Shown piece after piece: positions 10,750-19,823 of a DNA stretch of 64,000 nucleotides. Under the pieces are notes generated by a model that saw only the letters and a list, made by a program, of their open reading frames with translations, had not been told where the DNA came from and made no database searches. Location of the stretch: assembly GCA_965217865.1 (NCBI GenBank), contig CBDCJO010000002.1:2976001-3040000 (forward strand), given 5' to 3'. Each line of letters begins with the position of its first letter. The stretch's first letter is position 1. Position numbers and translations under genes: made by a program. Source of the DNA: Candidatus Latescibacterota bacterium (GTDB taxonomy: Bacteria; Latescibacterota; UBA2968; SICM01).

Positions 10750-11220
10750 TCTTCGTCGTCTTCGAAGAGGTTTTCGATGTCTTCGGGTTCGTCCTCAGCG
10801 ACGGCGGCCAGGTCGTCATCCTGGTCGGGTTCTAATTTGTCAGATTCGTCGTCTTCGAAGAGGTTTTCGATGCCCTCCTCGGGTTCGGCCTCAGCGACGG
10901 CGGCCAGGTCGTCATCCTGATCGGGTTCTAATTTTTCGGATTCGTCGTCTTCGAAGAGGTTTTCGATGTCCTCCTCGGGTTCGGCCTCAGCGACGGCGGC
11001 CAGGTCGTCATCCTGATCGGGTTCTAATTTGTCAGATTCGTCGTCTTCGAAGAGGTTTTCGATGTCCTCCTCGGGTTCGGCCTCAGCGACAGCAGCGGCA
11101 AGGTCCCCTTCCTGGTCGGGTTCTAATTTGTCAGATTCGTCGTCCTCGAAGAGGTTTTCGATGTCCTCCTCGGGTTCGGCCTCAGCGACAGCAGCGGTCA
11201 GGTCCCCTTCCTGGTCAGCA
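10750..11220 (-). repeat. Coding tandem repeat, about 5 units of 93-99 bp
   Basis: Encodes EPEEDIENLFEDDESDKLEPDQ(DD/EG)DLAA(A)VAEA repeats. Confidence 0.9.
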
Positions 11221-12537
11221 TTCTCTTCAAAAGGAGCAGCCGTGTCCACGTCAGGTACAGCTGCCAACGTTGCAATGGGCTCTTCTCCGATCGATTCCGC
11301 GGGGGAAACATCAGGGGGTTGAGCCTCTCCCGCCAGGATTAGTTCCGCTTGACGGACTTTGAGGAGATTTTTAAACTTAATCGGGATCTGAAAATCCACG
11401 TCGATGACACTCATGGGCTGGACGAAATAATCGGAAGCCCCGAGGCGCATGGCCTTCTCGATATTTTCGGTGGAGGTGCTGTTCACCAGGATCGGAATCT
11501 GACTCAGCGATGCGTCGGAAGCCGCTTCTTCAATCAATTCGAAACCGTCCTGCGAAGCGATATCCAGGTTCAACAGGGTGATACCGATATCCCCCTCTCG
11601 GAGTTTATCGAGTGCCTCTTCGCCGTTCTTGGCATCAGTGAAAGCGTATTGTTCTGTTTCAAGGACCCCTTTGAAAAGAGCAAGGTTATCTTCGTTATCA
11701 TCGATGAAAAGGATTCGGGTTTCGGATCTCTTGAAGGTTCCCTGAATCAGGTGATTTCAGATCCCGATTTAGCTCACGGAAATCGTCTATGATGCGATCG
11801 TCCACCAGTTCCTCGACGGGTGTGCCGTCATCCTTCAGGCCTCCCTCAGGGATCGCGGGGGCATACGATTCAGGCTCCTTATCACTATCCAATCCGATTG
11901 TTGGGAGCAGGGCATCGACCGAATCCGCTACTTCCAATTCCTCGATGTCCTCTCCGGAAGCATCGGCTTCTTCCACCTGCTGCTCAGAATCAGGTTCCTG
12001 TTCGGGTGACTCCGATTCCGTAAGGATCGTACCCTCCTGATCTGGAGCCCCATCGTCCAGGACCACTTCGGTACCCTCCGGAAGGGTATCGAACTCTTTT
12101 GCCTCCTCGGATCCTAAGACGTCCCCCTCGATATCGTCCCCGGCTTCCGCCATGGGTTCAACCGGTGCATCGAGCGGTTCGTCCGGCTTCTCCCCTGTTT
12201 CCTCCTCCGCAATCAAGTCGGCCTCGGCTTCCTGGGTATCGACTTGAACGGAAACAGGATCGTCCGCTGTCGTCTCAATGACGGCTTCATCCCCGATTTC
12301 TTCTCCCTCTGGGGTAACATCAGGAACTTGAGCCTCCGAACCCACCTCAGCATCCGATTCCCCTTCTTTCTCCTCCTCCTCCAAGATCGGGTCAGACGCC
12401 TCTCCTTCCCCGGCCCCTTCAGTTTTTGGGGTTTCGGGGGGTGCCAACCCCGGGTCCCCGGACTCCATGAGGGAGATCATCTGGGAGAGTTCCTGGTCAT
12501 CTTCCGACTCTTCCTGGTTTTCTCCGTCTGTACCATC

Positions 12538-12769
12538 GGGAATTATATACTTGACAAAGGCTATTTGCTTTATCCAAAAATGTTGAGTTTTTTGCGAAAG
12601 TCTCGCAGAATGCCCCGTCCCTTGGCCGGAGATCGTCCGATTCGAGCGATTTCTTTACCTGATTTTTGATGTCCTGTTTCTATATTTGTCGGCATGGGGA
12701 CTGCCAACAGATTGTTTGAGTAGACAGAGCCTTCATCACTATCATGACTTTATCAAGTATATAATCACC
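12538..12769. mobile_element. 232-bp MITE, copy 2, with 8-bp TSD
   Basis: Flanked by direct repeat GTACCATC (12530-12537 and 12770-12777); same TIRs as copy 1; interrupts a CDS. Confidence 0.92.
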
Positions 12770-13126
12770 GTACCATCCTCCTGGAAGGTAGCAAGAAAGG
12801 AGTCCAGATCCTGGTTTTCTTCATCGGGTTTGGACTGTCCGTCGACTGTTCCCTTCCCTTTTTCAGCTTCTTCCTGGCTCGATGTCACGTCGTCCCGATT
12901 ATTTTGACTAGGTTGCTCGGCCACGTCTGATCACCTCAATCCCGATTCTTCATAAGGGCATTAATCGCCTGATCCAAAATTAGGCAATCCCAGGTTATGG
13001 ATCGTAATCTCGACCGCAAACCCTAAAGCCCGATTTCGGAATGACTTACCTCACCGAAAGATATATCGGCGTTTTTTGATAAGAACTTGAGTAATGAGAT
13101 TTTAGACATCCCTCCTCAAAGGATTT

Positions 13127-14737
13127 TCAACCTGGGCGATCTAAATGATTATCCGGTGAGCTCGACCCCGTACCCCCGTCTTTTTTTGCGTTATGGTCAC
13201 GTCCCAGGAATGTATTTCCCCACGCGGAGGTCCCTCGGAGAGATCCGTCCCGGAAAACCGGGGGTCGGCGGAGCATCTTTTCTTCCTCTCCATAGGCCTT
13301 GAGTCGGTCATATGCAAGGGCCCATATGCACTCCTTTTCACCCACTTCACACGTTCCCTGTCGCGTTCCCCCGCATGGTCCGTTACGCTGGTTTTTCGCG
13401 CACTGGGATTCCGGGCAGAGGTAAGCGATATCGGGAAGTGAACAGTCCCCGCAATCCCGGCAGTCGAATGCTATGGCTTTTGCGGCATATTCGGCCGCGT
13501 GTGTGATGGCTTTTAAGCGTTTTCCTCCGTTTTCGATCTTTGTGAAGACACGTTTTCCGATCCGAAAGCCCAGCGAGTCTTTTTCGAATACGCGGTGGTG
13601 GAAAAACCGGTTGAACTTATATCCTTTCGGGATCTTAGATCGAGCGGCCTTCAGCGAGGTCTCCTTCTTGGATGCCAGATAGGTGCGATTGATCTGAGTC
13701 GAATTCAGGCCGGTCCGGTTGTCGGGTTCAAAATAGTAAAATTCCCCGGGCTGAGGGAAGGAAATATCCTTCGCAAAAATTCTCCAATCCTCCGGACCGA
13801 ACGATTCTTCGATCTCCATAATTTTCCGATAGTCTCTGAAAGCAAGGTGCCCTCCCAGATAGACCCCCCGATATCCGATGCCTCGTGCGATGGCGATCTG
13901 TTTTGCCGCGAATTCCAAGAAGAATCCCTTACCCTTATCCCGGGAGGCCCCCTGTTTTTCGACAAGTTCCATGAGTTTTGGGCTCACGATGCATCCGGGG
14001 ATCGCGCCCTGGTGGAAGAACCGGGCTGCGACCCGGCTCAGGACATAGACATTGGCGATGACCGGAACACTCATCCCCTTGAGCGCCATATATTGCAGGA
14101 GTTCATCCAATTTGCGGGAATCAAAGCCGATTTGGGTAATCACAAACGCGGCACCGCTGGCGATTTTTCGTTCGAGCTTAAAATACTGAGGCATTAATTC
14201 CCGTTCGTGCAGTTTAAACGGGGAAACCACGGTGCCGAGGAAAAAATTGGTCCGGTCGAGAAGCTCCACACTTCCCCGTTTGGGGCCTTCGACCCGCATG
14301 CCCCGGTTCATTTCACTGAGCATCTCGAGCAAGCCGACCGAATCGATGTCGAAAACCGGTGCAGAATCGCCCTGGTATCCCCCTATGGGGTAGTCGCCCG
14401 ACAGGGTGAGGATGTTGTTGAAACCGGCGCTGGCCAACGTCCACGCCCGGCTCTGCAAGGCGTTTCTGCTCCAATCTTTACAAGATAGATGAATGATGAT
14501 CTCCTGACCGCGGGAGATCAGATCCGTCCCCAGAGTGTCGGGGCTCAACATGGCGTTTCCGCCGGGGTTGTCCGTGATGCTGAGGGCGTGGATCCGGTCG
14601 TATTCGACGAGACGACGGGCCAATTCTAGGACCTTTTTCCCCCTTTTTTCCAGAATGATCCCCCGGGTGGTCACCAGTTCAACGCAAAACACGAAGGTGT
14701 CGGTCCGGGTCAAGTGCTCTTTAAAAGAAAGGTCCAT
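13127..14737 (-). CDS. metF: Methylenetetrahydrofolate reductase with fused C-terminal Cys-rich MetV-like domain
   Basis: ITDNPGG, HLSCKD, LSGD, ITQIGFD; C-terminal CRDCGDC..CP..CAK..RNGPCGG..C..CIW. Confidence 0.8.
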   Translation of the reverse strand: MDLSFKEHLTRTDTFVFCVELVTTRGIILEKRGKKVLELARRLVEYDRIHALSITDNPGGNAMLSPDTLGTDLISRGQEIIIHLSCKDWSRNALQSRAWTLASAGFNNILTLSGDYPIGGYQGDSAPVFDIDSVGLLEMLSEMNRGMRVEGPKRGSVELLDRTNFFLGTVVSPFKLHERELMPQYFKLERKIASGAAFVITQIGFDSRKLDELLQYMALKGMSVPVIANVYVLSRVAARFFHQGAIPGCIVSPKLMELVEKQGASRDKGKGFFLEFAAKQIAIARGIGYRGVYLGGHLAFRDYRKIMEIEESFGPEDWRIFAKDISFPQPGEFYYFEPDNRTGLNSTQINRTYLASKKETSLKAARSKIPKGYKFNRFFHHRVFEKDSLGFRIGKRVFTKIENGGKRLKAITHAAEYAAKAIAFDCRDCGDCSLPDIAYLCPESQCAKNQRNGPCGGTRQGTCEVGEKECIWALAYDRLKAYGEEEKMLRRPPVFRDGSLRGTSAWGNTFLGRDHNAKKDGGTGSSSPDNHLDRPG

Positions 14738-14770
14738 CTGGATTCCCCAGGCAGGATAAACAGTATCAAA

Positions 14771-16384
14771 TCATTTGAACATCGGCTTGAACATGCATCC
14801 CTCGACAAACACGTCAAAAAAATCAGGCGTGGTCTCCAATTCCACGTGCTGAATTCGGCCGACCAGGCGTTCAACCCCCTCCCTCTTAACTTTCGACAAA
14901 AGCATCGCGGTAGCTCCCTCGACGGAGGTGTTGCCAACCTTTTCGACCTTTTCCTCAAGAAAGTTTGGGATAAAGCCGATCCGCATGGCGTTCCTCAAAT
15001 CTATGAAGTTTGCAAAACCCCCTGCCAGGTAGAGTTTATCGATCCCTTCAAGGCCGACGTCATAGTTCCTCATAACGATCCGTTGCCCGCAATAGTTAGC
15101 GGCCTTGGCTTGGGCGAGGTTGCTCACATCCTCTCTCGAAAAGGTAATTCTCCGCTCCGGGTCAACTACAAATTTGTCCATATCGTCCGGGAAGGCACCC
15201 AGTTCATTCATTTTATCGTTGTTTACAAGCTCGGCCAACAGGTCGATCAAACCCGACCCGCAGATGCCTTCAGGGGGTCGATCACCGATGGTCCGATAGC
15301 GGACACTGCCGTTGCTCAGGGATATCGACTGAATGGCCCCATCATATCCCGGCATGCCGAAGGTAATCAAGCCTCCTTCAAAGGCTGGTCCGGCGGGACA
15401 GGAGGCGGCCATCATATGGTCCGAATTTCCGATGACGACCTCAGTGTTAGTCCCGATGTCCACGAGCATGACGATGTCTTTCTCCCGATCCATTCCCACA
15501 GCAAGGAGATCAGCGGCAACATCCGCCCCAACGTGACATCCGATCAGGGGGCCGCTGTAGACATTCGCCTTCGGATGGATGCGGAGGCCCAGGGCTCGAG
15601 CTGTTGTGGTCAGGGTGGTAGAAGTCCTTTTTCCCTCGTCCATTTCGTGTTCAACGATCGACTTGTAGGGTTTCTCTCCGATCGTCTGCACGTCCAGGTT
15701 GAAGAAGATATCCCTCATTGTTGCATTTCCGACAACGACGGCTTCATAGATCTCACCACGAGGGATTCGAACTTTTCGACACATCTCCCGGATTTCGTAG
15801 TTCAGACCGCTGATGATCGCCTGATGTAACTCTCCCCTATAGATCCCGGAGTCGTAGGAGATGCGGTGCATGATATCGCTGCCACCAAAGCGCTGGGGAT
15901 TTTCGAAAGAGCTGGTGTAGAGATGGGTCCCGTTCTCCAGGTCCAAAAGGTTCATGACGACAGTCGTCGTCCCAACATCTATCGCTAGTCCAAAGATCCC
16001 GTCCCGGTAGTGGTCGATATCCCGTTCTGCACATATCACCCGATCGCCTTGCCTTTTGACATTGGGATCGAGTTCAATACCCCTCTTTGTCCCCGCGGAA
16101 AGGATTTGGGGATTGCGTCGAAGGACGGAAAAATGGATGTCGCAATCCGTCGAGGTTACTGTGGCCTGGCAGGCCAACCGATACGGCTGCTGGAGAAACC
16201 GCTCCGCTTCGCTCGGCGGGGAGATATTCTCCCCCCCAGATGTCACTTCGACGATGCATTCGTGACATTGTCCGGTCCGGCCGCACGAGGTGGGAACCTT
16301 TATCTGCAGGTCGTCCGCATAGTCAAAGAGGGTTTTTCCTGCAGTAAGTTCGGCCTTTTGGTTTCCGTGAGAAATCGTCGCCAT
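14771..16384 (-). CDS. Corrinoid reductive activator (RACE/ASKHA, DUF4445-like) with N-terminal 2Fe-2S domain
   Basis: CGRTGQCHEC and RLACQ ferredoxin; DVGTTT, NPQ.FG.D, DIGTNTE, AGPAFEG, GICGSG, LAGGFA. Confidence 0.9.
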   Translation of the reverse strand: MATISHGNQKAELTAGKTLFDYADDLQIKVPTSCGRTGQCHECIVEVTSGGENISPPSEAERFLQQPYRLACQATVTSTDCDIHFSVLRRNPQILSAGTKRGIELDPNVKRQGDRVICAERDIDHYRDGIFGLAIDVGTTTVVMNLLDLENGTHLYTSSFENPQRFGGSDIMHRISYDSGIYRGELHQAIISGLNYEIREMCRKVRIPRGEIYEAVVVGNATMRDIFFNLDVQTIGEKPYKSIVEHEMDEGKRTSTTLTTTARALGLRIHPKANVYSGPLIGCHVGADVAADLLAVGMDREKDIVMLVDIGTNTEVVIGNSDHMMAASCPAGPAFEGGLITFGMPGYDGAIQSISLSNGSVRYRTIGDRPPEGICGSGLIDLLAELVNNDKMNELGAFPDDMDKFVVDPERRITFSREDVSNLAQAKAANYCGQRIVMRNYDVGLEGIDKLYLAGGFANFIDLRNAMRIGFIPNFLEEKVEKVGNTSVEGATAMLLSKVKREGVERLVGRIQHVELETTPDFFDVFVEGCMFKPMFK

Positions 16385-16520
16385 CGTTTCCTGGTGCGTT
16401 TCCAGCCTTTCTCTAAAGCGAAAAAAAGAAGGGCACCTCTCAAACACCGGGGAGACCCGGATATTTCAGGATCTGGTGCCCTGGATCTGTGCCTTTTTTC
16501 ACGAAAAGCGAATGAGAGAA

Positions 16521-16817
16521 CTAAACGGTGGGAGCACTCGAGGGTCGGTCGCGATCGGAGGGATCGATTTGCGGGGAATCGACCTCCCAGGCACTCCGGT
16601 AGTTCAGGTTATCGTCGCTGCTACAGACCTTCAGTTCGTCCGGTTCAGCGGGTGGACGCTGATACCGACATTTGAAGTGGGCGGTGCAACGGTCCTCGGC
16701 ATTTTTATAAGGACAGCGAAGAAGGGAGTCCTCGTCTGCTTGTGTGACGATCTCGGCCAGGATCTCGTTAAGCATTTCCAGGCTTCGGTTGTGTCGAGCC
16801 TTATCTTGTCCCGCCAT
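16521..16817 (-). CDS. Small four-Cys hypothetical protein
   Basis: 98 aa, starts 4 bp after the corrinoid protein stop; RCPYKN..RCTA.F.C..C. Confidence 0.7.
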   Translation of the reverse strand: MAGQDKARHNRSLEMLNEILAEIVTQADEDSLLRCPYKNAEDRCTAHFKCRYQRPPAEPDELKVCSSDDNLNYRSAWEVDSPQIDPSDRDRPSSAPTV

Positions 16818-16821
16818 CTTT

Positions 16822-17574
16822 TTACGCCTCCGCGGGGACGTCCCTCTCTTCCATGAACGCTTTGGCTTTGGCTACGCACTCCAGGGCGTCCTTCCCGTAA
16901 GCGTCGGCGCCCATCTCGTCAGCAAACTCCTGCGTCACCGGCGCGCCGCCGACCATGATTTTTACGTCGTCCCGGAGTTCCTCGTCGATGAAGGCCTGAA
17001 TGGTTTTTCCCATGTTCGGCATTGTGGTGGTCAGGAGCGCGGACATTCCCATGATCGGGGCTCCGGTGTCCTCGATGGCCGCGATGAACTCATCGGGCTT
17101 GGTATCGACGCCGAGATCGATCACTTCGAAACCGGCTCCGCGCAGCATCATGATGCACAGGTTTTTCCCGATATCGTGAAGATCACCCTTTACCGTGCCC
17201 ATGACGACCTTTCCCAGGGGTTCGATTCCGGACGCGGACAGGATTGGATCGATGTGGGCCATGCCGGCCTTCATCGCCCGGGCGGCAACAAGCACCTCGG
17301 GGACGAAGATGATGTTATCCCGAAACTTCACCCCTACGATGCCCATGCCGGAGATCAGACCCTCATCCAGCACATCCTGGGCATCCACCCCCTCGTCGAG
17401 GGCCTGCTTGGTCAACCGGTTCACGTCGTCTTGTTTCCCCTTGATCAGACTATAGGCGATGTCCTGCATCAGTGGAGAGACCCCGCTGAACAATTCGGCG
17501 AACTTTTCTTTCTCGTCCGGCCTGTCGACGTATTTATCGATCTCCTGCTGAATACCTTCGTTCGTAATCGGCAT
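16822..17574 (-). CDS. Corrinoid (B12-binding) protein, MtaC/MttC-like
   Basis: Cap domain [20 protein letters not shown] (DxHxxG), SALLTTT, VGGAP. Confidence 0.95.
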   Translation of the reverse strand: MPITNEGIQQEIDKYVDRPDEKEKFAELFSGVSPLMQDIAYSLIKGKQDDVNRLTKQALDEGVDAQDVLDEGLISGMGIVGVKFRDNIIFVPEVLVAARAMKAGMAHIDPILSASGIEPLGKVVMGTVKGDLHDIGKNLCIMMLRGAGFEVIDLGVDTKPDEFIAAIEDTGAPIMGMSALLTTTMPNMGKTIQAFIDEELRDDVKIMVGGAPVTQEFADEMGADAYGKDALECVAKAKAFMEERDVPAEA

Positions 17575-17601
17575 CGTTCACTCCATAATAGCGTTCAGGG
17601 C

Positions 17602-18480
17602 TTATCCACGCAGCACGTTTGCGATCTCGCGGATGTGGGAAGGGGTGGTTCCGCAGCAACCCCCAACGATCGTGGCGCCGGCATCGACGAGGGTCCGGAA
17701 GTGCGGGGCCATCCATTCAGGTGTTTCCGGGTAGATGATCTGTCCTTTCCGGATGACCGGAATTCCGGCGTTGGCGTGGATCAGGATGGGGGCGTCAGCT
17801 ATCTTACGCATCTCCCGGACTAACTCTATCTGATAGAGGATGCCGTTGCCACAGTTCGAGCCCACCACATCCGCGCCTGCTTCGAGCAGACCCTGGACGG
17901 CGGCCTCCGGGGTCACACCCATCATTGTGAAGTTTCCCCGGGGACCTTTGTCAAAGGTCATGGTCGCCATGGCCACGCAATCGGTATGCTCTTTCGTTGC
18001 CCTGACAACCAGGCAAGCTTCCTCGAGGGATGTCATCGTCTCGGCACAGATGGCGTCGGCACCCCCTTCTCCCAGAGAAGTCACCTGCCTGACGAATCCC
18101 CGATACATTTCCTCTTCGCTTACCTCGCCGAGCGGTTCCAAAAACTCACCCGTTGGTCCGACGGAGCCGATGACGTAGTGTTCGGAGGGGGCCGCATCCC
18201 GGACGTGCCGTGCGGCGAGTCGGTTCAAATCTTCAAGCCGGGCTTCGTGGTTGTACTTTTTGAGCATGAACGGGTTGCCGCCGAAGGAGTTGGTCTCCAT
18301 CATATCGGCCCCGGCAGCGAAATATTCGGCGGCCATATTCTGAATGGTTTCGGGATGGGAGAGGTTCCACTCCTCGGGGCACCCCCCCGGCTCCAGGCCG
18401 CTGACCTGAAGGTAGGTTCCGGTCGCGCCATCCGAGATCAGGATTTCGCCCGTATTTATCCGGTCAAGAAGAGATGCCAT
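17602..18480 (-). CDS. Homocysteine S-methyltransferase domain protein
   Basis: DGATGT, ETNSFG, GSNC, ANAG.P, GGCCGT Zn motif. Confidence 0.93.
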   Translation of the reverse strand: MASLLDRINTGEILISDGATGTYLQVSGLEPGGCPEEWNLSHPETIQNMAAEYFAAGADMMETNSFGGNPFMLKKYNHEARLEDLNRLAARHVRDAAPSEHYVIGSVGPTGEFLEPLGEVSEEEMYRGFVRQVTSLGEGGADAICAETMTSLEEACLVVRATKEHTDCVAMATMTFDKGPRGNFTMMGVTPEAAVQGLLEAGADVVGSNCGNGILYQIELVREMRKIADAPILIHANAGIPVIRKGQIIYPETPEWMAPHFRTLVDAGATIVGGCCGTTPSHIREIANVLRG

Positions 18481-18489
18481 GCCAGTCTT

Positions 18490-19527
18490 TCAATTGGCGT
18501 GCTCTGCGTGCCAGTCTTTGACCGCCTTCGGTATCTCGACCAGGTTTTCCAGACGGGTTCTAAGGGGGATGGCGCATTCAGGGGCCACCAACTCCACGCC
18601 TGCATCGAGACATCGATCCACCTCTTTCCTCACATGTTCTGGATTTCGGGCGTAGAGGGTCTCCGGGTTATTCACGTTGCCCACGAGGGAGATTTTACCA
18701 TCGGTGATCTCGTGCGCCTCCCGAGGATCGTTCTTCGAGTCGAAGTGGAAGCATTCCATTCCCGTGCTGGCGATATAGCCCATCCGGTCGAGGGTGTTTC
18801 CACAGATGTGGAGAATAATCGGACATTTGATCCTATCGTGGAATTCCACGTGCAGGTCCTGGAGATAATCCCTGTAGTACTCGCCGCTCACCAGATCGCC
18901 GGTGGCGTGGTCCGGGAGGGTAAGGGCATCGGCCCCCGCCTCGATCTGTGCGTTCCCGAAGGCGATCGTCGATTCCTTCATCCGGTCCAGGCAGAGCTTG
19001 GTCCGGTCGGGATCGTCGTAGGACATCAGGAGAAAAGGCTCCACGCCGAAGCAATGATAGCCGAGGGACCAGGGCCCCATGGTCTTTCCGATGATGGCAA
19101 CCTGGTCCCCGTAATCGCGTTTGAGGATGCGGATGGCCTCGAGGACGCACTTTGTGTCGTTATGGGTCAGGAGATCCTTGGGGATCTTGATATCGTCGGG
19201 TTCTTTCCAAATCGGGTTGTTCATCCGGACCGTGGGCCAGTTGTCCTTTTCCTCCCACTGGATTTCACAGCCCAGGGCGGAGGACTCCTGGATGATCGTG
19301 AAGACGGGCATGATGCTGTCGAAGCCGAGTTCAGTATATCCCGTGGCCGCCAGACGGGCCATCTTTTCCGGGTCCCGGTTTGCATCGGGGAACGGGGCTT
19401 CAACCATGTCCATCAGTTCAACAGTGGCCACCGAGGTTGGATTTGAGCAGGGCGTTCTGTCCACCGGTTGCCGGTTGAGAGCGGCCAATACACGATCGCG
19501 AGGTTTCATGGTCTCAGTAAAGGGCAT
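18490..19527 (-). CDS. MtaA/CmuA-family methyltransferase (UroD fold)
   Basis: PVDRTP, ALGCEIQW, GPWSL, ILHICG Zn motif, LVGNVNN, APEC. Confidence 0.9.
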   Translation of the reverse strand: MPFTETMKPRDRVLAALNRQPVDRTPCSNPTSVATVELMDMVEAPFPDANRDPEKMARLAATGYTELGFDSIMPVFTIIQESSALGCEIQWEEKDNWPTVRMNNPIWKEPDDIKIPKDLLTHNDTKCVLEAIRILKRDYGDQVAIIGKTMGPWSLGYHCFGVEPFLLMSYDDPDRTKLCLDRMKESTIAFGNAQIEAGADALTLPDHATGDLVSGEYYRDYLQDLHVEFHDRIKCPIILHICGNTLDRMGYIASTGMECFHFDSKNDPREAHEITDGKISLVGNVNNPETLYARNPEHVRKEVDRCLDAGVELVAPECAIPLRTRLENLVEIPKAVKDWHAEHAN

Positions 19528-19823
19528 CCCATCATCTCCGGTTAAAAAGGGTCCGCAGGTCCCTTCGGGAAGGGTTATCTAGAGGTAAGGAAGAAGATAA
19601 CAATATTTTAACCAGATTTCAAGGCACATGTCGTATGAAAAAAAGGCCGATTTGATGATATTTGATCTTCGTGATAAGTTTTGGTATATTCAATTGGATG
19701 GAGTAAAAACGTCTAAATCGAATGAATTAAACCGGATTCCATCTCCTGAACGCCTCCTTTCTCGATTTAAAAGGGTCCGGAATTATCATTCAGTGCCCAC
19801 TTCAAGCTCCAATTCAGGAAAAT

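Larger units (their letters stand above)
9612..12924 (-). pseudogene. Disrupted large acidic protein with atypical receiver domain, repeats and a TM helix
   Basis: Removing the MITE and one TSD joins ..FQEDGT to DGENQEES..MISLM in frame; frameshift near 11700-11760 before a REC domain (RILFIDDN..LLNL); in-frame TAG at 10116-10118 followed by WSPWKVMRESG. Confidence 0.75.

Noticed and set aside
10750-11220. Regularly spaced repeats as a CRISPR array
   Set aside because: Units are contiguous, multiples of 3 and coding, with no unique spacers or cas genes.
17986-19446. Long antisense ORFs such as 17986-19446, 30805-31944 and 37023-38132
   Set aside because: They overlap well-supported genes on the opposite strand, lack motifs and are expected in GC-rich DNA.
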